Assembly (NCBI GenBank): GCA_026770705.1
Contig: JANJGN010000052.1
Location: 682,001-746,000 of the forward strand
DNA length: 64,000 nucleotides
Reading direction: 5' to 3'
Source of the DNA: Isurus oxyrinchus
Lineage: Eukaryota
The position numbers and the translations under genes were made by a program. Shown piece after piece: positions 23,020 through 35,129 of this stretch (its first letter is position 1; the number at the start of each line of letters is the position of its first letter). The notes under the pieces are model-generated. The model had not been told where the DNA came from. It made no database searches and saw only the letters and a program-made list of their open reading frames with translations.

Positions 23020-25160
23020 GATTAAGAGCTTCCTAACAGACCAAAAAGATATTGAACTCTCTAAAAGTGACCTGTTTTTCAAAGAAATACGAGATTGTAC
23101 ACAGATCAAAAATGGCTGACACAAGTCATCTGATTGCTGATACTGTGAAGTTGATCACTTCTCTGGAAAGGTTCAAATGAATTGCACTGCAGACCTGTTG
23201 CATCGAAGTTCATGCCTGGGGTGTGTCAGGATCCACTTCAAACAGGGACACTCTTAAAAGGAAGGCATTAAAATGCAAAGTGCTGGACTTTGATCAGCTG
23301 TAGTTCTATCAAAACAGTGGGAACTGCTCACCAAACAGAGAATCATCAGCCATTCAAAACCCCCTGTGGAGGATGCAATACCCCCATCTCCTGTTGATTT
23401 ATATCTTGAAATGCATCAAATGTTTCAGAGATGCAAAGATAAAAAATGGGAATACTTGGTCTATAACAATGAATGCAAAACATGCTGAGTGAATTCCCTT
23501 CAGGAATATACAGACAGGAGTTAAACAAATGCTTCTGCCAAGCAGATATAAGAGAAAGGAGGAGGAAAAAGAAATATGGCAGTCTTCCACAAACACTGCT
23601 GGAAAAGAGCAGAAATGATTTCTCCCTCTCTCTCTTTCTCTCCCTCTCTGTCACTCTCTCTCTTTCTCTCTCTCTGTCTGAAGCTAACAGAGTGTCTTCA
23701 ACAACGTGCAAGTCTGAGCCAAATGAAATACAGGAATCTACAGAAAACCAACTAAATTAAAACAGCTTCAAACTTCACAGCCTACGCTGCATGTACAAGC
23801 AAATGACTCTTAATTTTTTATTGGACTCTATAATNNNNNNNNNNNNNNNNNNNNNNNNNNNNNNNNNNNNNNNNNNNNNNNNNNNNNNNNNNNNNNNNNN
23901 NNNNNNNNNNNNNNNNNNNNNNNNNNNNNNNNNNNNNNNNNNNNNNNNNNNNNNNNNNNNNNNNNNNNNNNNNNNNNNNNNNNNNNNNNNNNNNNNNNNN
24001 NNNNNNNNNNNNNNNNNNNNNNNNNNNNNNNNNNNNNNNNNNNNNNNNNNNNNNNNNNNNNNNNNNNNNNNNNNNNNNNNNNATTATTTTTTCTCTAGTT
24101 AGGTAACTAATAAACTTACTCTTTCTTTGACACAACCAAACGTGGTTTAATTGGTTCATTCTTAACAACCAAAGAGACTTATTTTGGAAATTGCAATTGG
24201 GGGAAAATATATTTTAAACCCTTTTTTCAACCAACCATAATTACCTCTTAAACCTCTTAACCTCATTACTGCTGAATTCAAAACCCACATCTCAAAACAT
24301 ACAAGTTGGAAATTAGTTGTGACAGTTGTTTCAAGTTTCCCTCCAGGATTTGAACAGCTCAGCATTTACCATCTGTTATGTCATAACAGAGCTTCCTTCA
24401 AATTAACCAACGTGCCAAAAATGTATTGAACTGTTTAAAGGAGACCTGTTTTTCAAAAGTACAAGATTAGGCACTGATCAAAAATGGCTGTCACGAGTCA
24501 CCTGATTGCTGATACTGCAAACTTGATCACTTCTCTGGAAAGCTTCAAATGAATTGCACTACAGACATGTTGCATGAAAGTTCTCACTGAGGTGTGTCAG
24601 GGTCCACTTGAAACAGGGGCTCCCTTAAAAATGCAAAGCGCTGGACTCTGATCACTGTAGGTCTATCAAGCTAATGGGAACTGCTCACCATGCAGATATT
24701 CATCAACCGTTCAACACCCCTTGTGGAGGATGAAATGTCTCCATCTCCTGTTGATTTATATCTTGAAAAGCATCAAATGTTTCAGAGATACAAAGATCAA
24801 AAATGGGATTACTTGGTCTGTAACAATGAATGCAAGACATGCTGATCGAATTCCCTTTTGGGAATATACAGACAGGAGTTTAACAATAGGTTCCGTCAAG
24901 CAGATATAAGAGAAAGTACGAGGAAAAAGAAAGATGGCAGTCACTCAAAAACACATTGCTGGAAAAGAGCAGAAATTCTCTCTCTCTCTTTCTGAAGCTA
25001 ACAGAGCATCTTCAACAAAGTGCAAATCTGAATCAAATCACCACAAAGATGCCACAGGAAACCAATTAACCTTGAACAGCTGCAACCTTCAACAATCTAC
25101 ACCTCAAAGACAAGCAAAGATGTTAACCATATATTCTTTTAATTTTTTATTGGACTCTAA
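23020..25160 (+). repeat. Diverged direct duplication of an ~800-bp LTR-like unit (~23020-23835 and ~24385-25160) flanking a gap (23835-24082)
   Basis: Collinear shared blocks, e.g. GATCAAAAATGGCTG, TCACTTCTCTGGAAAG, ATCTCCTGTTGATTTATATCTTGAAA, TTTTTTATTGGACTCTA. Confidence 0.75.
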
Positions 25161-25862
25161 CTTTTTAATTATGACATGTGTGTCTGTGTGAGTGTGTGTG
25201 TGTATCTGTGTGAATGTGTGTGAACGTGTGTGTGTGTGTGTGTACCTGTGTGCATGTGTATTGCTGCATCTTTATTATAAATGTTATTTAAAAATAGTGA
25301 TCACACAAGCCTGGTTTCTAATAAAATGAAACTGCAAACAATTTACAGTAAAGTGAAACGTACAGGAATAATCTATTTTGAGCTGATGATATATAATTAT
25401 ACATGATGCATGTTGCTAATTTCAAACATCATCTGAAATATGGTAGGTCTGACAGAGCAGCTTTTCCTCAGTGCTCAGCCTCCGACAGTGCAGCACTCCC
25501 TCAGTACTGACCCTCTGACAGTGCAGCACTCTCTCAGTACTGACCCTCTGACAGTGCAGCATTTCCTCAGCGCTCAGCCTCCGACAGTGCAGCACTCCCT
25601 CAGTACTGACCCTCCGACAGTGCAGCACTCCCTCATCACTGGCCCTCTGACAGTGCAGGACTCCCTCAAAAATTAAAAGAATATATGGTTAACACCTTTG
25701 CTTGTCTTTGAGGTTGTTGAAGGTTGCAGCTGTTCAAGGTTGATTGGTTTCCTGTGGCATCTTTGTGGTGATTTGATTCAGATTTGCACTTTGTTGAAGA
25801 TAATTGTATCTCACAGATGGTGCGGTCATACTGCCAGAGTCCAGGTGTACACAGTATCTGAC

Positions 25863-27250
25863 CAAAACAAAAACAGAATTAGCTGGAAAAACTCAGCAGG
25901 TCTGGCAGCATCGGCGGAGAAGAAAAGAGTTGATGTTTCGAGTCCTCATGACCCTTCAACTGAACTAGGTGAGTCCAAGGAGAAGGGTGAAATATAAGCT
26001 GGTTTAAGGTGTGTGTGTGTGGGGGGTGGGGTGGGGTGGGGGTGGGGGGGCAGCGGGGTTGGGTGGAGGGAGAGAAGTGGAGAGGGTTGGTGTGGTTGTA
26101 GGGACAAACAAGCAGTGATAGAAGCAGATCATCAAAAGATGTCACAGACAACAGAACAAAAGAACACATAGGTGTTAAAGTTGGTGATATTATCTAAACG
26201 AATGTGCTAATTAAGAATGGATGGTAGGGCACTCAAGGTACAGCTCTAGTGTGGGTGGGGGGAGCATAAAATATTTAAAAATAATGGAAATATCCTCAAC
26301 CCCCTCCTATGGCACCTCCCCATGCCCACGCAATAGATGCAACACCTGCCCCTTCACTTCCTCTCTCCTCACCGTCCAAGGGCCCAAACACTCCTTTCAA
26401 GTGAAGCAGCATTTCACTTGCATTTCCCCCAACTTAGTCTAGTGTATTCGTTGCTCCCAATGTGGTCTCCTCTACATTGGAGAGACCAAACGTAAACTGG
26501 GCGACTGCTTTGCAGAACACCTGCGGTCTGTCCACAAGAATGACCCAGACCTCCCTGTCGCTTGCCATTTTAACACTCCACCCTGCTCTCTTGCCCACAT
26601 GTCTGTCCTTGGCCTGCTGCACTGTTCCAGTGAAGCCCAACGCAAACTGGAGGAACAACACCTCATCTTCCGACCAGGCACCTTACAGCCTTCCCGACTG
26701 AATATTGAGTTCAACAACTTTAGGTCTTGACCTCCCTCCCCCATCCCCACCCCCTTTCTGTTTCTTCCTCCTTGCTTTTGTTTTTTCCAATAAATTATAT
26801 AGATTTTTCTTTTCCCACCTATTTCCATTATTTTTAAATATTTTTAAATCTTTTATGCTCCCCCCACCCCCACAAGAGCTGTACCTTAATTCCCCAACCA
26901 TCCATTCTTAATTAGCACATTTGTTTAGATATATATCACCTACTTCAACACCTCTGTGTTCTTTTGTTCTGTTGTCTGTGACATCTTTTGATGATCTGCT
27001 TCTATCACTGCTTGTTTGTCCCTACAACAACACCCCCCTCTCAACTTCTCAGCCCCCACCCAACCCCGCTGCCCTCCCCCCACCCCCCCAACACACATAC
27101 ACACCCCTTAAACCAGCTTATATTTCACCCCTTCCTTGGACTCACCTAGTTCTGTTGAAGGGTCATGAGGACTCGAAACGTCAACTCTTTTCTTCTCCAC
27201 CGATGCTGCCAGACCTGCTGAGTTTTTCCAGGTAATTCTGTTTTTGTTTT
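25863..27250 (+). mobile_element. Penelope-like retroelement fragment: GIY-YIG endonuclease end with inverted terminal duplication
   Basis: HFTCISPNLV*CIRCSQCGLLYIGETKRKL..FAEHL at ~26410-26530; 25863-26290 is the reverse complement of ~26820-27250. Confidence 0.85.
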
Positions 27251-27254
27251 AGGT

Positions 27255-29230
27255 TTAATACATGATCTCAGAATAAATGATCCCCTGGAAAACAGTGACC
27301 ATAACCTGGTAGAATTTAGCATTCCCTCTGAGACTGAGAAACTTGGGTCGGAAGCAACTGTGCTGGACTTAAATAAGTGTAATTACAAAGGAATAAGGAC
27401 AGGGTTGTCTGGAGTGGACTGGGAAAGGGGTTTAGCAGAAAAGATGGAGGATGAACAATGGCAGATCTTTAAGAAAATAGCTCATGACTCACAACAAAGA
27501 TATATCCCAGTGAGGAAGAAGGATTGTAGGAAGAGAATAAACCAACCTGGGTTACCCAAAGAAGTTAAGGTGTGTGTCAAATTGAAAGAGAAACCATGCA
27601 ATATGGTTAGTGGTAAGCCAGAGGATTGGGAACGTTTTAAAAACCAACAGAAGATGACCAAAAAATAAATAAAGAGGCAGAAAACTATGTAAACTAGCAA
27701 ATTATTAAAAAAAGGACAGTAAAAGCTTCTTTAAGTATATAAAAAGGGAGAGAGAGACCAAAGTGAACATGGGCCCCTTAGAGAACTAGGCTGGGGAAAT
27801 AATAATGAGGAGCCAGGAAATGACAGAGGAGTTGAATAAATACTTTGCATCAGTCTTCACGGTAGAACACACTAATAGCATTCCAAAAATACTAAATAAT
27901 CAAGGGGCAAAAGGGGGGTGGGGAGAGGAAATAAATACAATAACTATCACTAGAGAGTAATACTAGGGAAACTCATGGGTCTCAAGTCTGATAGGTCCCC
28001 TGGACCTGATAGGTTGCATCTTAGGATATTAAAGGAAGTAGATGCAGAGATAGTGGATGTACTGGTTTTAATCTTCCAAGAATCCTTAGATTCTGGGCAA
28101 GTCCCAGAGGATTGGAAATCTGCCAAAGTAACACCCATATTCAAAAAGGGAGGGAGACAACAAACAGGTAACTATAGGCCAGTGAGCTTAACATCTGTCA
28201 TTGGGAACATGTTAGAGTCCATTATAAAGGATGTAATAGCAGACTATTTAGAAATGCATAATTTAATCACACACAGGCTTCATGAAGGGGAAATCATGCA
28301 TGACAAATTTATTAGAATTCTTTGAGGAGGTAACAAACAGGATAGATAAAGGGGAGCCAGTAGATGTAATATATTTGGATTTCCAAAAGTCGTTCAGTAA
28401 AGTATCACATATAAGGCTACTTAATAAGATAAGAGCCCATGGTGTTGGGGGCAGTATATTAGCATGGATAGAGGATCGGCGAACTAATAGAAGTCAGAGA
28501 GTTGAGATAAGGGGGGCATTTTCAGGATGGCAACCTCTGGATTGCCACAGGGATCAGTGCTGTTAATAGGGAAGGCAGGTGGAATGTTGGCCTTTATTTC
28601 AAAGGGAATGGAGTATAAAAATAGGGAAGCCTTGCTAAAACTGTACAAGGCACTAGTTAGACCACACCTAGAATACTGTGAGCAGATTTGGTCCCCTTAT
28701 CTAAGGAAAGATGTACTGGTATTGGAGGCAGTCCAGAGAAGGTTCACTAGGTTGATCCCAGTAATGGAGGGATTTTCATATGAGAAGAGGTTGAGTAGGA
28801 TGGGCCTGTACTCATTGGAGTTTAGGAGAATGAGAGCTGACCTTATTGAAACATATAAGATTCTTAGGCGCTTGACAGGGTAGATGCTGAGAGGTTGTTT
28901 CCCCTTGTGGGAGAGTCTAGGACCAGAGGGCTTAATCTCAGAGTAAGGGGTCACCCATTTAAGACAGAGATGAGGAGTTTCTTCTCTCAGAGGGTAGTGA
29001 ATGTGTGGAATTCTTTACTGCAGAGAGCTGCAGAGGCTGGGTCATTAATTATATTCAAGGCTGAGATACACAGTTTTTTAATCAGTCAGGGAATCAAAGG
29101 CTATGGGGAAGAGGCAGGAAAGTGGAGTTCAGGATTGTCAGATCAGCCATAGTGTCATTGAATGGCGGAGCAGAGTTGATTGGCCGAATGACCTCCTTCT
29201 GCTCTGACGTCTTGTGGTCTTATGGTCTTA
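27255..29230 (+). mobile_element. CR1 LINE ORF2, degenerate with an internal deletion
   Basis: SPGPDRLH, NYRPVSLTS, YLDFQKSF, LYKALVRPHLEYC, RADLIETYKIL and CR1 3' UTR. Confidence 0.92.
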
Positions 29231-29745
29231 TCACCCTCCAACAGTGCAGAGCTCCCTAATTACTGACCCTCCGACATTGCAGCACTCCCTCAGTACTGAC
29301 CCTCCGACAGTGCAGCACTCCCTCAGTACTGACCCTCTGACAGTGCAGCACTCCCTCAGTACTGTTCCTCCAACAGTGCAGCACTCCCTCAGTACTGATT
29401 CTCTGACAGTGAAGTACTTGCTCAGTACTGACTATGCGGCAGTGCAGCTTTCACAGCACCTGCCCTCCAACAGTGCAGCAGGTCATCAGTACTCACGCTC
29501 CAAGAGGGCAGCTCTCCCTCAGTACTGACCCTCTGACAGTGCAGCACTACCTCAGTACTGACCCTCCAACAGTGCAGCACTCCATCAGTACTGACCCTCC
29601 AACAGTACAGCACTCCCTCAGTACTGAACTGAAGTGTCTGACTGAATTAAGTGCTTTGTGGTGAAGGAACCTACACTGATATCACACCTTTCACATTCTC
29701 AGGGTCTCTCAAAGTGTTTCACAGTCAATGTAAGTAACTGATCAG

Positions 29746-30006
29746 ACACACCACAGAATCTCTCAATTAATTCTCTTGATATGATTAACGCTTCATCGAT
29801 CAATATAATTGAGGGGAATTCGGCAGTGATAATCTGCTCTGTCGAGAGCTTCCCAGCTTCTAACCTGACGTGGCGACATCTTAATGTCCCAATGAACAGA
29901 ACAAGTTCCAACAATGAGCTGTGGTTGGTGATTCCTCAGGTTACATCCAGGGACACTGGAGACTATCAGTGTGTGGCAGAGAATGAACATGGAGCAGTGG
30001 AGGGAT
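29746..30006 (+). pseudogene. Region B: truncated C2 repeat exon
   Basis: Near-identical to gene A C2 exons, but polypyrimidine tract deleted (compare 53221-53242) and 3' end/donor replaced by a LINE. Confidence 0.85.
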
Positions 30007-30029
30007 TACACAGAATTGAACGTTCTCTT

Positions 30030-31075
30030 GTTATTAGCTCATGGGATGTGGGCATTGTTGACAAGACCAGAAATTATTGCCCATCTGTAACTGCCCCTTG
30101 AGAAGGTGGTGGTGAGCTGCCTTCTTTAACCAAAGCAGTCCATGTGGTGTAGGCACACCCACAGTGCTGTTAGGGAGGGAGTTCCAGGATTTTGTCCCAG
30201 TGATGGTGAAGGAACGGCCGATATAGTTCCAAGTCCAGGGCAGACCACCACCTCAAGTTCGCTTCCAAATCACACACCATACTGACTTGGAACTGTCTCA
30301 GCGGAAGAGGTTAAGAGTTTGGAAGGTGCTGTCGAAGGAGCCTTGGTGAGTTGCTGCAGCGCATCTTGTAGATGGTTCACACACTGCTGCCATTGTGTGC
30401 CAGAGATGTAGGGTATGAATGTTTATGCTGGTGGATGGGCTGTCGATCAAACAAGCTGCTCCAGGATGGTGTCGAGCTTCTTGAGTGTTGTTGGAGCTGC
30501 ACTTATCCAGCCAAGTGGAGATTATTCCATCACACTCCTGACTTGTACCTGGTCGATGGTGGGCAGGCTTTGGGGAGTCAGGAGTTGAATTACTCACCAC
30601 AGAGTTCCCAGACTCATACTCGCATTTGTAGCCACATTATTTCCTGTTGCTGGGTTGTTGCCAGGGCCAATAGCCTTTGCTGTAGCCAGTATCATCAGCT
30701 GATTCCTGATGTCACGTGGAGTCAATCGAATTGTCTGAAAGCTGACATCTGTGATGCTAGGACCCTCTGGAGGAGGCCGAGATGGATCATCCACTCAGCA
30801 CTTCTGGCTGAACATGGTTGCCAATGCTTCAGCCTTGTCGTTTGCACTGATGTGCTGAGCTCCCCCATCATTAAGGATGGGGATATTTGTGGAACATCCT
30901 CCTCCTGTTAGATCTTTAATTGTCCATCACCATTCATGACTGGATGTGGCAGGACTGCAGAGCTTAGATCTTACCCGTTGGTTGTGGGATCGCTTTGCTC
31001 TGTCTATAGCATGTTGTTTCCGCTGTTTGGTGTGTATGAAGTCCTGTGTGTCACCTCAGCAGCTTGGCACCTCTG
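30030..31075 (-). mobile_element. LINE fragments, same family as 19341-21410
   Basis: Reverse complement of 20850-21360-like sequence; IRLTPRDI...KAIGPGNNP. Confidence 0.75.
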
Positions 31076-31265
31076 TTATATGTGAATCCTCCTTATAGAA
31101 ACCTGCATGTACATGGATATTATCAATAAATATTACATAGATAAATGTTATTTGTATAGACCTTTCATGCATAGACAATATCACTTCACAAGTTCAGAAT
31201 TACTACATGTACACAGGGAACCATTCTCAAACTGTACCGGAGTCATTCATTGGCTGATTTTACAG

Positions 31266-31362
31266 GGCGAGATTCCAATGAATGGAAAGCAGGATTGCTT
31301 GGAGCTGGAATCTGTTTGAGTGTTGGACTGAGTGGATTCTTCATCTTCAAGTGTGTGAGAAA
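31266..31362 (+). CDS. Region B: intact orphan transmembrane exon
   Basis: ttttacag|..RDSNEWKAGLLGAGICLSVGLSGFFIFKCVRK|GTAAGT; 97 nt, same size and phase as the gene A TM exon. Confidence 0.7.
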
Positions 31363-31664
31363 GTAAGTGTGAAGGTTTAATTGGTTGTTTTTGAAAATGT
31401 TTTCTTCAAACTTCTCTCCTTATAGAAAGAACTTGCATTTCTATAACACCTTTTACAATCCAAAACCCTTCACAGCCCCTGAAGAGTTTTGATGTTCACC
31501 TACTGTTTAACATCTCATCCAACATTCACTGTTTCACAACTCAGACCTGTAATTGGCAGTGTTGACCTGGACCATAAGATACTTTGTGACCTACTGAGGA
31601 TGTGAAAGGTGCTATATAAATGAAAACCTTTCTTTTGTTAGTGAATGCAATCTCTTTCCTTTTT

Positions 31665-31930
31665 CCATGTTTCATTCACTCTCTCTTACCTCCACTAATG
31701 CACGCCTTCTCATTCTCTCTCTCATTCACTCTCTCTCCAATCTCCACTAATGCTCTCCTTCTCATTCTCTCTCTCATTCACTCTCTCTTACCTCCACTAA
31801 TGCTCTCCTTCTCATTCTCTCTCTCATTCACTCTCTCTCCAATCTCCACTAGCTCTCCTTCTCATTCTCTCCCTCATTCACTCTCTCTCCTATCTCCACT
31901 AATGCTCTCCTTCTCATTCTTTCTCTCGTC
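31665..31930. repeat. Pyrimidine-rich degenerate tandem repeat
   Basis: Recurring CTCCACTAATGCTCTCCTTCTCATTCTCTCTCTCATTCACTCTCTCT. Confidence 0.8.
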
Positions 31931-32160
31931 CTCTTACACGTTGTTCAGTCTCTCACATTTTTAAGGAGCGCTGAGCAACATCTGCTCCTTCAGAAGATCC
32001 ACCTCAACACCTGGATTGAGCAGTGAATTGAAACTCGCTCAACGACTGCTCAGCTTTACACAGGAATCACGTCACAGAGTCAGGACACAAAGGGTTAACA
32101 GTTTGCTTACAACACAACACTAAGTCCCTACGTTTCAATGAAAGGGTTTTCACAATTGTT

Positions 32161-32468
32161 CCCCAATTCCTGATTTGACTCACAGAGACACATGCACCCT
32201 TTCTAATTAAACACACAGAGGGAGCAGCACAGGAAGAGGTCATTCAGCCCAAGCAGAGCGTGTGGGCAGTTCCTCCCCAGGCGAGCAGTCGGACAGGTCC
32301 TGGGTAAGTAACGGAACGATTGGAATTCACTTCCACCACCAACACCGTCCTTTGTTGATGTTGTGACTTTATAAAGACAGATTCCAATGATTGATGCCTT
32401 TGAAAGATTTCTACTGATGATTGAGATCTGGGTGTGAGGCTCAGGTTTGTTGTACAGAACATCTTTCT
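32161..32468 (+). promoter_or_regulatory. Promoter/exon 1 copy B (donor at 32303/32304), no leader exon
   Basis: Near-identical to 1075-1378; homology stops at a CR1 3' fragment (~32470-32740). Confidence 0.7.
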
Positions 32469-32814
32469 GGTTAAATTATGCAGACAGGTTACACACAGTC
32501 TACGATTATATTCCCTCGGGTCTAGAAGATTAAGAAGGGATCTAATTGAACGGTTCAAACTGATTAAACACTCGATAGGGTCGATAGAGAGAAGCTATTC
32601 CCTCGGGTGGGGGTGGGTGGTGGGTGTCGGGTGGAGTCCAGAACAAGGGGGCCGGAACTTCAGATTGGAGCCAGGCCGTTCAGGGGTGATGTCAGGAAGC
32701 ACTTCTTCACACAAAGGGAAGTGGAAATCTGGAACTCTCTCCCCAATAATCAAACCCAACACCGAATACACATCATGTTGATAGTCACTCTGTCCATTTC
32801 CATCTCTATTACAG

Positions 32815-32919
32815 AAGAGAGGCGAGAGGAAAGCAGGAATCAAATCAAACCACCGTGTTGATGAATATCGAGGTCCTGTTTATGAAAACTGTGAGCGTGG
32901 TTGGGCTTTGAGGAATCAG
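32815..32919 (+). CDS. Region B: cytoplasmic exon with YEN motif
   Basis: ctctattacag|KRGERKAGIKSNHRVDEYRGPVYENCERGWALRNQ|GTGAGT; phase 0-0, open. Confidence 0.65.
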
Positions 32920-33052
32920 GTGAGTCACACACCACAGGATCCCCAGCCTCTCAGCTGCTCCAGTAGCCTGGTTATTGATATGGCTGCTCCAGTCCTGTAT
33001 CTGCAATGTTTTATACAGTCACTCCCAAACCCAACCAAACTCACACCCAACA

Positions 33053-33862
33053 CCGTTCAGAATCAATAATCAAACCCCGATCAGAATCAATAATCAAACC
33101 CCGTTCAGAATCAATAATCAAACCCCGTTCAGAATCAATAATCACACCCCGTTCAGAATCAATAATCAAACCCCGTTCAGAATCAATAATCAAACCCCGT
33201 TCAGTATCAATAATCAAACCCCGTTCAGAATCAATAATCAAACCCCGTTCAGAATAAATAATCAAACCCCATTCAGAATCAATAATCAAACCCCGTTCAG
33301 TATCAATAACCAAACCCCGTTCAATATCAATAATCAAACCCCATTCAGAATGAATAATCACACCCCGTTCAGTATCAATAATCAAACCCCGTTCAATATC
33401 AATAATCAAACCCCATTCAGTATCAATAATCAAACCCCGATCAGTATCAATAATCAAACCCCGATCAGTATCAATAATCAAACCCAGTTCAGAATCAATA
33501 ATCAAACCCCGTTCAGTATCAATAATCAAACCCCGTTCAGTATCAATAATCAAACCCCGTTCAGAATTAATAATCAAACCCCGTTCAGAATCAATAATCA
33601 AACCCCGATCAGTATCAATAATCAAACCCCGTTCAAAATCAATAATCAAACCCTGTTCAGAATCAATAAACAAACCCCGTTCAGAATCAATAATCAAACC
33701 CCGTTCAGAATTAATAATCAAACCTCGTTCAGTATCAATAATCAAACCCCGTTCAGAATCAATAATCAAACCCCGTTCAGTATCAATAATCAAACTCCGT
33801 TCAGTATCAATAATCAAACCACGTTCAGTATCAATAATCAAACCCTGTTCAGTATCAATAAT
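33053..33862. repeat. 24-bp minisatellite (CCCCGTTCAGAATCAATAATCAAA), ~34 units
   Basis: Direct tandem repeat. Confidence 0.95.
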
Positions 33863-33960
33863 TAATGTATCTATTGTGGGTGGAATTTTCGATTTGGATC
33901 AATAATACTAAACACTGATCACTCTGATTGTCACTCTGATCATTTCTGTTTCTATTACAG

Positions 33961-34077
33961 AAGAAAGATGAGAAGGATCTGGAAATGAAATCTAACCGCG
34001 GAGTCAATCCTGATACAGATGATGATCTTTACGCAAACTGTGAATTTGCTGAGGATTCTGTTTATGGGAATTTATAA
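33961..34077 (+). CDS. Region B: terminal cytoplasmic exon with two tyrosine motifs
   Basis: ttctattacag|KKDEKDLEMKSNRGVNPDTDDDLYANCEFAEDSVYGNL*; SVYGNL fits the ITIM consensus; paralogous to 32815-32919. Confidence 0.7.
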   Translation, partial: KKDEKDLEMKSNRGVNPDTDDDLYANCEFAEDSVYGNL

Positions 34078-35129
34078 ACTGAGCAAGAATGAGACACACA
34101 CAGTGTGGGGAGAATACAGAATGGGAGAATCATTCAAAACTCCAATTTACCTTCCTAATATCCACAGGAACTCACTCCCAGGAAATAGATTTAAACCTCT
34201 TGTTACAATCTGATGGAATTTCTTCGGAATGATCTATCCAGGATGATTGTCTGTGGGTTTCAATTTGAACATCCTCCTTCAGAATTGTCCCTCCCTGTTG
34301 GAAACATCCTTCTCTCCATTCTGACTGTAAATGTCTTTAGATATCGTTCGATGATGTACCAGGACAGAACGGACAAATTCAATCCCGTGTCCATGATTAT
34401 GAGTTAATTTTCATTCTGTTATTCACCTTCCTGTCTGTCAGTGTTTACAGAATATTCATCAGCCAGTGTAGACTTCAGGAAATGCAGGATCGGTGGATAA
34501 TTGGAGCAGAGGAGATTGGCAAAATTTACTCAGCATTTTGTAATCAAATGTATTTTCAGATATATATTTGGATTTTACACTTCATCGTTAAACAGCAAAA
34601 CTAACAGCAATCTGGGAAACAGGGAAACAATTTGTTTGGAGATTTGAGAAGTTCTCTGCAGCTCAGAGGATAACAGATGTGCTACAGTGCCACCACTGGT
34701 GGCAGGACATCATTTCAGCGTGACATGTTTACATTGATGTTGCCAATGAACATAGGAAATTATGATGTGAAAAATTGGTTGCAGGTTTACCTTCTTCAAT
34801 ATGTCATGGATGGATGAGACAGCTTTGATAACAGAATGAGATATAGCTGCAATAAACCTCAATTTTAGTCTTTCACACTTGGAGAGTACAATTAGCATCC
34901 ATTCTGAAGGCTGAGTGGATGGGTGGACTGTGCGATGTGTTACAGATCACAGAGACCAACATCCTTGATCCTGGTTCTGCTCTATGTTTGATGACATTCT
35001 TGGATAAAAGATTGGGAAAATAAATAATCCTCCTGCATTGATCTGTAACTGGTCTCTCCATCTGTCAATGTCCTGAGGACAGAATTGGGTTTGAGGTCCA
35101 AAATCAGACGCATACCTTGACTGCCCATT

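Noticed and set aside
32975-33865. 296-aa INNQTPFR repeat ORF and its antisense ORF
   Set aside because: Stop-free 24-bp minisatellite between two tail exons; no splice or domain support
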